A DNA stretch of 26,097 nt from a virus (Duplodnaviria > Caudoviricetes), in IMG/VR virus record IMGVR_UViG_3300037424_000648, positions 1-26,097 of that record; one strand, written 5' to 3'. A program made the position numbers and the translations under genes. Below are positions 7,764-15,326 of the stretch, piece after piece. Position 1 is the first letter of the stretch. Each line of letters starts with the position of its first letter. Under the pieces are notes generated by a model. It had not been told where the DNA came from and ran no database searches. It worked only from the letters and a program-made list of their open reading frames with translations.

Positions 7764-8632
7764 CCCGCCGTCAAAAAGCCTTTGAAAAGCGCCTGCAGGC
7801 GCTGATCGACGGGGCCGGCCGGCTGGAGGACGACGCGGCGCGTCGGGTGGTGCGGCTGCTGGAGGTGGCCCGGTCCGAGATCGCGGCCGAGGTGGCCACG
7901 ACCGAATGGCAGGCCCTGCGCCTGGCCGAGCTGAAATCGGCCGTGGAACGAACCCTGTCGGGCTTCCGCCAGGGCGCCCTGGCCGACCAGTCCGCCGGCA
8001 TTTCCAACGCCTGGAACGCGGGGATCGACATGATCGACGCCCCCCTGGCCTCGGCCGGGATCCGCGCCGGCGCCCCGGAAATCTCGCGCGCGCTGCTGGA
8101 GGTCATGCAGGGCTACAGCCTGGACCTGATCGAAGGGCTTTCGGCCGAGGCCCTGAAAAATGTCAATAACGCCCTGACGATGGGCCTGCTGGGCCAGCAA
8201 ACACCCTACCAGGTGATGCAGCAGGTGGGCCTGTCCGTGGACGGCCCGGGCGTTATGGGCCAGGTGTCGCGGCGCGCCGAGACCATCGTGCGCACCGAAA
8301 TGGGCCGCGTGCAGAGCCTGGCCCGGGCGGCGCGCATGCAGGCCGTGACAGAGGCGGGCACGGACCCGCCCATGAAGTGGAAGAAACGCTGGATCGATTC
8401 GGGCAAGGCCCATCCGCGCGAGGACCATGCGGCCCTGGACGGGGTGACTGTGGAGCTTAACGAGGATTTTCCGGGGGGCATCCCCTACCCGCACGCGCCG
8501 GGACTGCCGGCCGGGCAGGTCATCAACTGCGGGTGCACGCACGTGCTGGTCTCCGACGACTGGGACGACCTGCCGCGCGCGTTCACCCCCATCGACTACG
8601 CCGAGCGTGCCGACTACGGCCGCGCGGACTAA
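7760..8632 (+). CDS. Minor head morphogenesis protein (MuF/SPP1 gp7 family)
   Basis: RRAETIVRTE, KRW, R..H..LDG and INCGC motifs. Confidence 0.9.
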   Translation: MTRRQKAFEKRLQALIDGAGRLEDDAARRVVRLLEVARSEIAAEVATTEWQALRLAELKSAVERTLSGFRQGALADQSAGISNAWNAGIDMIDAPLASAGIRAGAPEISRALLEVMQGYSLDLIEGLSAEALKNVNNALTMGLLGQQTPYQVMQQVGLSVDGPGVMGQVSRRAETIVRTEMGRVQSLARAARMQAVTEAGTDPPMKWKKRWIDSGKAHPREDHAALDGVTVELNEDFPGGIPYPHAPGLPAGQVINCGCTHVLVSDDWDDLPRAFTPIDYAERADYGRAD

Positions 8633-8646
8633 CAAGGAGCAGACCA

Positions 8647-9105
8647 ATGGCAGCCAAGGACGATTTGAAAAAGGAAAAAGAGGACCTCGATAAGAGGACC
8701 GTTGTCGTCGTCGACCGTGAAACCGCGGTGGAAAAGATCGAAGCGGACCTCTTTATCAGGAAAAACGAATTGGACGCCCGTGAACAGGCGCTTTTTGAAC
8801 GCGAGCAGGCCCTGGACGCCCACGATGAGGGGTTGATTTTCGGCGAGTTGAGCGAGACCGTCACGGTGGACGAGGAGACGAAGGCCGTGTGCCGCGAAAT
8901 GTGCAAGGAGTTGGGAATCACCGCCGAGCATGCCCTGGCCTGCAGTTTCGACCGCGCCACGGATACGGTCAGCATCCTGACCGCCGGCGGCAAGTGCGTG
9001 CGGCTGCGCCCGGGCGACAAACCGCCCCAGTTGAGCGCAATCGAGATCACCGGCGTCAACCCCGAGCTGGCCCGGCGCAAACCGGTGGTCGGCAAGCGGC
9101 GATAG
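8647..9105 (+). CDS. Hypothetical head-region protein with N-terminal coiled coil
   Basis: AAGGAG RBS before ATG 8647 (track start 8533 overlaps MuF); charged heptad-like region. Confidence 0.7.
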   Translation: MAAKDDLKKEKEDLDKRTVVVVDRETAVEKIEADLFIRKNELDAREQALFEREQALDAHDEGLIFGELSETVTVDEETKAVCREMCKELGITAEHALACSFDRATDTVSILTAGGKCVRLRPGDKPPQLSAIEITGVNPELARRKPVVGKRR

Positions 9106-9115
9106 GAGCGCATCG

Positions 9116-11509
9116 ATGCAACTGCCCCAGTGGATCGAGGACTTAACCGGCGAGGCCCGCAATATGGCCGCGGCGGTCTACCGGGCCGTGATGGCCAAGG
9201 ACGGCGACGCCGAACGGGCGCTCCGGGCGGCACGGGATACCATCGCGGCCTGTTTCGACAGCGACCAGGGGTCGATATTCTCGCGTGACATGCCCCTCAG
9301 CGAACAGACCCCCGTGCTGCGCTTCCAGGCCGCGCGCCAGGCCGACGCCTCGGGGCTGGTGTGGGAGGCGGTGATCATCGCCCCGGGCATCAGCGCCGGC
9401 TATCCCAGGTTCTACTGGTCCGAGGAGGTGCTGGAATCCTCCGTGGCCGTGTTCGAGAACGTCGACATCAACGCCTACGAGCTGACGGCCGATTTTTTCA
9501 GCCACCTGCCCATCCCGGATTTAAACGCCCTGGAGAACGTCAAGCGCTTCCTGGCGGCCAAAAAAGTGGGCTGGGTGGAAAAGTGCTGGTTCGAGGCGGG
9601 CGCGGGCATCAAGGCCCAAATCCGCTTTTTGGAGGCGCAGCGCTGGCTGCCCGACATGCTGGCCGAGGCCCAGGCGGCCGGGAAAACCGATGTGCTGGGC
9701 CTGTCCATCGACAGCCGCATCCGCGGATGGGATGTCAAACTGGACGAATTCAGCGTGATCTGGGTGACCCAAATTGTATCCTGCTCATCCGTGGACGTGG
9801 TGACCTACCCGGCCGCGGGAGGAAAATTCTTGCGGGCCGTAGCCGGCCTATATCAACAACCAAAGGAGAGCGTCATGAATTGGAAAGAGAAGTTGCTCGC
9901 CATGATCGGCAAGGCCAACCCGGCCCTGCTGGAGGGCAAGGACCGGGCCGCAATGAGCGATGAGGAGATCATCGGGCTGGCCCAGATGGCAATGGAAAAG
10001 CCGGTCAAGTCGCCGGCGGAGGGGGACGGCCAGCGCGCCGCCCAGGGGATGACCCCGGAGGCCATGCGGGCCGAGATGCAGACGGCCGTGGCCGCGCTGG
10101 GCAAGGAGATCGAGCAGCGCGCGGCCTGCGCACGGGTGTTGGAAAAAAACCTGGCGGCCTCGAACCTGCCGGCCCTGACCCAGTCCCGGTTGCGCACGCG
10201 CTTCGAGGGCGGCACCTTCGAGGAGGCCGCCCTGGACGAGGCCATCAAGCAGGAAAAAGAGTATCTGGCGGCCATGAGCGCCCCGCCGGAGCTGGATCTG
10301 GGCGACCAGAGCCGCATCCACGTGGGGCTCAACACGATGGCCAAGATCCAGATCGCCATCGACCGCAGTTTCGGTTTGACCCAGGCGGACATGCAGGGAT
10401 TCGCGCGCATGGAACGCCTGGACAACAAGCCGGTGTTCCAGGATCTGCGAGCGGCCCAGGATTTCGCCGATTACGCCCAGGTGCCGGCATTTTCGGGCCT
10501 GCGCGAGATGTACGTGCACCTGACCGGCGATACCGAAATCACCGGCCGCTTCAACCGGGCCAACCTGCCCGCCGACCTGCGGGCGGCCCAGGACATCACC
10601 TCGGCCACCTTCGCCTTCGCCATCGGCAACACGCTGCACAGACGGCTGATCAAAGACTACAGAGAAGCCAATTTTCAGGAGGATCTGCTGATCTCCATCC
10701 GCAAGCCGGTGCCGGACTTCAAAACCCAGGAAGCCATCAAGGTGGGTTATTTCAGCGACCTGGACAACGTCGATCCCGAGGCTGCCGACTACCAGGAGAT
10801 CGGGGCGGTCACCGACGAGGAGGCCACCTACGCGATCCTGCAAAAGGGCAACATCCTGACGATCACCCGCAAAATGATCATCAACGACGACAAGAGCCTG
10901 GTCAGCCGGCTGGTCTCGCGCCTGGGCCGCGCCGCGCGGCGCACGCACGCCAAATATGTCTGGAACCTGTGGATTGCCAACGCCAACTGCAGCGACGGCA
11001 CGGCCTGGCACACGGCGCCCCACGGTAACCTGGGGGCGGCGGCGCTCTCCTTCGCCACGGTCCTGATCGCCTACAAGGCATTGGCGGCCATGACCGAAAA
11101 GGACAGCGGCGAAATCATCGGGTTGCTGGACAGCCCGTCGGTCAAACCGACCCTGTTCGGCCCTGTGGACCTGATGGAGACCCTCGAAACCATCTCCCTG
11201 GACGAATATTATTACTCGGCCAACGACCTGACCACCAAAGTCAGGAACCCGCTCAAGGGCAAAATCAACCACGCCACGGTCTCGCTGCTGTCCGACGCCA
11301 ACGACTGGGGCCTGATCCTGCCCAGCTCCGAGGTCGACCACATCGAAATGGGCTACCTCAACGGGCGCCAGGAACCCGAGATGTTCGTGGCCGACGCGCC
11401 CCAGGCCGAGCAGGTGTTCGTGGCCGACAAGATCCGCCACAAGATCCGCCACGAGTACGCCGGCACGCCGGTGGATTTCGTGGGGTCGTACAAGGCCATC
11501 GTGGCTTAA
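9116..11509 (+). CDS. Fused prohead protease / scaffold / major capsid protein (Mu gpT-like capsid domain)
   Basis: Protease motifs SH, LGLSID, SVDVVTYPAAGGKF; helical linker; capsid motifs VPDFK, ITRKMIINDD, LGRAARRT, GYLNGRQEP, KIRHEY. Confidence 0.9.
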   Translation: MQLPQWIEDLTGEARNMAAAVYRAVMAKDGDAERALRAARDTIAACFDSDQGSIFSRDMPLSEQTPVLRFQAARQADASGLVWEAVIIAPGISAGYPRFYWSEEVLESSVAVFENVDINAYELTADFFSHLPIPDLNALENVKRFLAAKKVGWVEKCWFEAGAGIKAQIRFLEAQRWLPDMLAEAQAAGKTDVLGLSIDSRIRGWDVKLDEFSVIWVTQIVSCSSVDVVTYPAAGGKFLRAVAGLYQQPKESVMNWKEKLLAMIGKANPALLEGKDRAAMSDEEIIGLAQMAMEKPVKSPAEGDGQRAAQGMTPEAMRAEMQTAVAALGKEIEQRAACARVLEKNLAASNLPALTQSRLRTRFEGGTFEEAALDEAIKQEKEYLAAMSAPPELDLGDQSRIHVGLNTMAKIQIAIDRSFGLTQADMQGFARMERLDNKPVFQDLRAAQDFADYAQVPAFSGLREMYVHLTGDTEITGRFNRANLPADLRAAQDITSATFAFAIGNTLHRRLIKDYREANFQEDLLISIRKPVPDFKTQEAIKVGYFSDLDNVDPEAADYQEIGAVTDEEATYAILQKGNILTITRKMIINDDKSLVSRLVSRLGRAARRTHAKYVWNLWIANANCSDGTAWHTAPHGNLGAAALSFATVLIAYKALAAMTEKDSGEIIGLLDSPSVKPTLFGPVDLMETLETISLDEYYYSANDLTTKVRNPLKGKINHATVSLLSDANDWGLILPSSEVDHIEMGYLNGRQEPEMFVADAPQAEQVFVADKIRHKIRHEYAGTPVDFVGSYKAIVA
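9863..9877 (+). promoter_or_regulatory. Internal RBS and in-frame ATG (9875) within the capsid polyprotein gene
   Basis: AAGGAGAG-cgtc-ATG right after the protease domain. Confidence 0.7.
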
Positions 11510-11530
11510 CCGACAACCCGACAGGAGCCG

Positions 11531-11550
11531 CGCCCGGTTCCGGCCGGGCG
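11531..11550 (+). other. GC hairpin downstream of capsid gene
   Basis: CGCCCGG-N6-CCGGGCG; no clear U tract, so not called a terminator. Confidence 0.5.
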
Positions 11551-11620
11551 GCCGCAGCCCATTTAATCCCGGCCGGACACGCGGGAGAAACCAATGCAAC
11601 CAACCATGAGGAGAGTAAAA

Positions 11621-12556
11621 ATGCTGGCTAATAAACGAATTTTGACGGTCATGCTGGGCCTTTTCCTGGTGCTGGCGGTGGTTCTGCCGGCCCAGGCGGC
11701 CTACGATATTGTGCGGGTCTACGAGCGCATGGGCGGGGTGGCCGGCGAGGTGCTGGCCACCGGAGATGCGGTCTGCATCAAGGACGCCGACGGGCTGATT
11801 TACAAGGCCGACGCCAACGACGCGGCCCTGCGGCCGGCCATCGGCATGGTGGGCAAGGGGGCGCCGGCCATCGGCGACAGTGTGGAGATCGTCACCCGGG
11901 GTATTTTCGCGGGCTGGACGGCGCTGTCCAAAAACGCCGCAGGCTACCTGAGCGAGACCGCCGGCGAGGTGACCCAGGCGGCCCCGGCCTACAGCCAGGT
12001 GATGGGCGTGGCCATTTCGGCCACCGAATACATGATCAGCCCCAAGAATTATTTCGACACCAGCGCCGTGACGGCCCTGGGGGTGCTGACCGGGGCCACG
12101 CCGATCATCCTGGAGGGCGCCACGGCCGACGCCCATGAGACCACCATCGCGGTGACCGATCCCACGGCCGACCGCACGATCACGTTGCCCGACCGCACGG
12201 GCACGGTGGTGCTGGAGACGGTCAGCGTGACCGCCAAAACCCAGGCCGACACGCCTTTCGCGGCGTCCGTGGCCTACGCCGGGCAGGTGCTGACCAACAG
12301 CGGCGCCGGTGGGGCGCTGGTGTTCAACCTGCCCGAGGCCTCCACCTGGATCGGCCGGCGCCTGACCTTTGCCGTGCTGGCGGCCCAGAACCTGGACGTC
12401 AACCCGGACAACGCCGACCTGATCCTGGGGTTGACCAACGCGGCCGGTGACGCCATCCGCAACGCCACGGTGGGCGGCACGGTGACCCTGATGGCCATCG
12501 ACGCCACCAATATCGTGGTCCTGGGCAGCTACGGCACCTGGTCGGACGTCAACTGA
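11621..12556 (+). CDS. Head decoration / capsid fibre protein with apparent signal peptide
   Basis: GAGGAG RBS before ATG 11621; AGEVLATGDAV...IYKADA...AIG cement-like domain; fibre-like repeat; position after capsid gene. Confidence 0.7.
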   Translation: MLANKRILTVMLGLFLVLAVVLPAQAAYDIVRVYERMGGVAGEVLATGDAVCIKDADGLIYKADANDAALRPAIGMVGKGAPAIGDSVEIVTRGIFAGWTALSKNAAGYLSETAGEVTQAAPAYSQVMGVAISATEYMISPKNYFDTSAVTALGVLTGATPIILEGATADAHETTIAVTDPTADRTITLPDRTGTVVLETVSVTAKTQADTPFAASVAYAGQVLTNSGAGGALVFNLPEASTWIGRRLTFAVLAAQNLDVNPDNADLILGLTNAAGDAIRNATVGGTVTLMAIDATNIVVLGSYGTWSDVN

Positions 12557-12557
12557 T

Positions 12558-12692
12558 CCGGTGACGGGTCGCAAACCGATCCCGGCGGCGGGGCGTGTTG
12601 GCCGATTGCCGCGCGCCACGCCGCCGGATTTCAACGCAACGACCCCGCCGCAGCCCGTTGTATGGACCGGGGGTGAGATCGTTCAAATTTGA
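12558..12692 (+). other. Structured intergenic region (nested inverted repeats)
   Basis: CCGGCGGCG...CGCCGCCGG (about 12582-12627) nested in GGGTCG...CGACCC; palindrome TCAAATTTGA at 12683-12692. Confidence 0.6.
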
Positions 12693-12713
12693 GCCTCTGA
12701 GAGCGTTTTAGCC

Positions 12714-13418
12714 ATGAGCACCCTATCCGATTACACCGACGCCCTGGCCGGGCTGGTTCCGGGATCTCATCCCCTGGGAGCCGTCGACCTGTTGGCGGCC
12801 CGCACCCAGGCCGTGGCCAAGGCGTTGGATCTGCACGGCAAGCATCGCGCGGTAATCGTGGTCGAGGACCTTCCCGGCGACGGCGGGTTCGACTACGCCC
12901 TGGACGATCTGGCCGAATGGGCCGAGGGTTTCTCCTCCGTGATCCGGGTGGAGTACCCGGTCGACGACACCAATGCCGTCTCCAACGTTCTGGACGGCGA
13001 CGACTGGACCCTCTACCAACTGCCCGACGGCCGGGTGCTGCGCCTGCTCTCCGACCGCCCGGCGGTGGGCCGGAGCCTGCGGGTGGTTTATACCGCCCGC
13101 CACGCCATCGACGATACGGCCTGCACGGTGGCCGACGGCGATGAACAGGCCGTGCAGAGCCTGGCGGCGGCCTTCTACTGTCGCATCCTGGCGGCGGCCT
13201 ACGCCCTGGACACGGACTCGACCATCAGCGCCGACACGGTCAACCAGGGCCCGCGCCACCGGGCATTTTTGGATTTATCCGCAAAGTACCGCGCCGAGTA
13301 CAACGAGCACATGGGCATCAGCACCGGCAAACCCAAGGCCGCGGTATCCATCCGCGACCAGGACGTGACCTATCCCGGCGGCGGCGACCGCCTGACCCAT
13401 CCGGGGAGACACCGCTAA
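12714..13418 (+). CDS. Putative head-tail adaptor
   Basis: Position; SVIRVEYPV, LRVVYTARH and AVQSLAAAFYC adaptor-like layout. Confidence 0.6.
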   Translation: MSTLSDYTDALAGLVPGSHPLGAVDLLAARTQAVAKALDLHGKHRAVIVVEDLPGDGGFDYALDDLAEWAEGFSSVIRVEYPVDDTNAVSNVLDGDDWTLYQLPDGRVLRLLSDRPAVGRSLRVVYTARHAIDDTACTVADGDEQAVQSLAAAFYCRILAAAYALDTDSTISADTVNQGPRHRAFLDLSAKYRAEYNEHMGISTGKPKAAVSIRDQDVTYPGGGDRLTHPGRHR

Positions 13419-13933
13419 TGGCCGAGCATTACCGCCAGACGGTCGACACCAGCGAGGTCCAGCGCCTGGCCGCCGATTACCCGGAGATGTTCGTGGAAGA
13501 GACCGAGGCCGTGCTCAGGCTGATCACCGCCCGCCTGGAGAGCGACATCGTGCAGGCCACCCCGCGCGGGGTGGGCGGCGCGGCCGGCCTGGCAGGCAGC
13601 ATGTTCGGAGAGGTGCAGACCGCCGGGTTGACCGTGTCGGGCGTGGTGGGCTCGCCGCTGGCCTATGCCGAGGTGGTCGAGGTGGGCCGCCGTCCGGGAT
13701 CGTTCCCGCCGGTAGCGCCCATCGCCCTGTGGGCCCAGCGCAAACTGGGCCTGTCCGAAACCGAGGCCCAGGGAGCCGCCCTGGCCATCGCGCGCAAGAT
13801 TTTCTGGCACGGCACCGAGGGCGCGCACATGTTCCGCGACACCTGGCAGGCCCGGAAGGCCTGGGTCACTTCCATGCTGGAGAGCATCCCGGCGCGCATC
13901 GTGCGGCGCCTGGGTGCGGGAGAGGGGGCATAG
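13418..13933 (+). CDS. HK97 gp10-like tail completion protein
   Basis: ATPRG...LAGS, VGSPLAYAEVVEVGRRPG..PP, HGTEGAHMF motifs. Confidence 0.8.
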   Translation: MAEHYRQTVDTSEVQRLAADYPEMFVEETEAVLRLITARLESDIVQATPRGVGGAAGLAGSMFGEVQTAGLTVSGVVGSPLAYAEVVEVGRRPGSFPPVAPIALWAQRKLGLSETEAQGAALAIARKIFWHGTEGAHMFRDTWQARKAWVTSMLESIPARIVRRLGAGEGA

Positions 13934-14404
13934 ATGGCTCTGGCCGCTCGTCTATCCGAAATCAAAACCGTTTTGAGCGCGGTCTCCGGCATCGGGACGG
14001 TGCACGATTACATCCGTTTCGCGCGGCGCTGGTCGACCATCCTGGACCAGTTCAAGAAAAGCGATCGCATCAACGCCACCATGATCAGCCGCACGGCCTC
14101 GGCCTCGCGCCAGGTGACACTGGGGGAAACCGAGCGGGCGCATGTATTCGCCGTCAGCAGCGTCTACGGGCTGGCCGACGCCTCCGCCACTGAAAAAACG
14201 TTCCAGAACCTGATCGATGCCCAGTATGCGGCATTTCAGGCCTACGAGCTCACCTGGAATCTGTCCGGCATCACATCCCACCCGGACTGGGGCCCCATGT
14301 CGGGCGCCGTGGGGTTGCAGATCGATGCGATCGACATCCGCCTGTTCGGAGAAACCCTGTGCCATTACGCCGCCTGCCGGGTGTGCGTGGTGGAAATCGA
14401 ATGA
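13934..14404 (+). CDS. Putative tail terminator / neck protein
   Basis: 156 aa after gp10-like gene; GIGTVHDYIR and FGETLCHYA segments. Confidence 0.6.
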   Translation: MALAARLSEIKTVLSAVSGIGTVHDYIRFARRWSTILDQFKKSDRINATMISRTASASRQVTLGETERAHVFAVSSVYGLADASATEKTFQNLIDAQYAAFQAYELTWNLSGITSHPDWGPMSGAVGLQIDAIDIRLFGETLCHYAACRVCVVEIE

Positions 14405-14415
14405 GGAGCGACACC

Positions 14416-14775
14416 ATGAAGACCGGAATTTTGACATTGATCGTGCTGCTGTTGGTCGCCGGCGCCGCCGGCGCCATGAACCTGCTCGAAACCGTAACCG
14501 TTGGTCTGTTCAAAGGCAGCCCCCTGGGTGCCGGAGTGGAAGTGTCCGGCGGAGACCCGGCCTATGCCCGCAAATCGGTCACCCTGGCGGCGGCCGACGC
14601 CGGCGCCCGCGCCCACAGCGATACACCGGTGTTCGATGTGCCGGCCGGGGCCAATTTCGATTACGTGGGCTATTTCATGGGTGGTGCCTGCATCGCCGAG
14701 GACGACATCCCCGAGGAGACCTACGGCAGCCAGGGGACCTACACGGTGACCGCCGGCACGCTGTCGATTACCTAA
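14416..14775 (+). CDS. Minor tail/virion protein with apparent signal peptide
   Basis: GAGGAG RBS before ATG 14416; EVSGG.PAYARK.V, PVFDVPAG and YG.QGTYTVT motifs of small phage tail proteins. Confidence 0.7.
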   Translation: MKTGILTLIVLLLVAGAAGAMNLLETVTVGLFKGSPLGAGVEVSGGDPAYARKSVTLAAADAGARAHSDTPVFDVPAGANFDYVGYFMGGACIAEDDIPEETYGSQGTYTVTAGTLSIT

Positions 14776-14787
14776 CCGGAGACTGCA

Positions 14788-15105
14788 ATGCCTGTCATCG
14801 AGGTGGTTTTTAATGGGAGAGACAACGCCAACGACCTGGTGCTCCTGGCCGACGGTGCGCCGGCCGATCTGGCATCGGTCACGCGCATCCGCGTCGTCGG
14901 GAGCAATGCAGAGGTTGAAGTTGATTCCGCGCTCTCGCCGGAGGCCATCAACTGGGCCACCGGCATCACGGGCACGGTACACCTGGGGCTGGGCCATGAG
15001 GAGCTGCCGGTTGGCAACCACGCCTGCCGGGTAATCGTTTACGATCCGGCCAACCCCAACGGCATCGACTGGGGGCTTGTCGTGTTGTCGGTCAAAGGTC
15101 CGTAG
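14788..15105 (+). CDS. Small beta-rich virion-region hypothetical protein
   Basis: GGAG RBS, 105 aa. Confidence 0.7.
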   Translation: MPVIEVVFNGRDNANDLVLLADGAPADLASVTRIRVVGSNAEVEVDSALSPEAINWATGITGTVHLGLGHEELPVGNHACRVIVYDPANPNGIDWGLVVLSVKGP

Positions 15106-15146
15106 CGACTTGGGAGTGCGTGGGTAAAATAGAATAGGAGGAATCG

Positions 15147-15326
15147 ATGTATCGACTGAAAAAAGGCGTGGAAAGTTTCGAGATCGTCGACGGGCCCCAG
15201 GCGGGCCTGAAATTCGAGCGCGGGAAAACCTACTCACAGGCGCCGGAGGGCTACCGGCGGCGCTTTGAGCCGGCCGACCCGCCGGCCGCAAAAGACAAAC
15301 CGGAAAAGGGGGCTAAGAGCAAATGA
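15147..15326 (+). CDS. 59-aa hypothetical protein missing from the ORF track
   Basis: AGGAGG RBS; MYRLKKGVESFEIVDGPQAGLKFERGKTYSQAPEGYRRRFEPADPPAAKDKPEKGAKSK; stop overlaps tail tube ATG as ATGA. Confidence 0.75.
   Translation: MYRLKKGVESFEIVDGPQAGLKFERGKTYSQAPEGYRRRFEPADPPAAKDKPEKGAKSK

Noticed and set aside
12564-12590. GGTCGCAAACC resembling part of a c-di-GMP-I riboswitch
   Set aside because: The GNRA-capped stem and second conserved segment are absent
9848-12634. 928-aa minus-strand ORF, and similar long antisense ORFs at 4403-6289, 15251-16675, 18037-19284 and 20579-23242
   Set aside because: Shadow ORFs opposite well-supported structural genes; expected from GC-rich codon bias; no motifs or RBS
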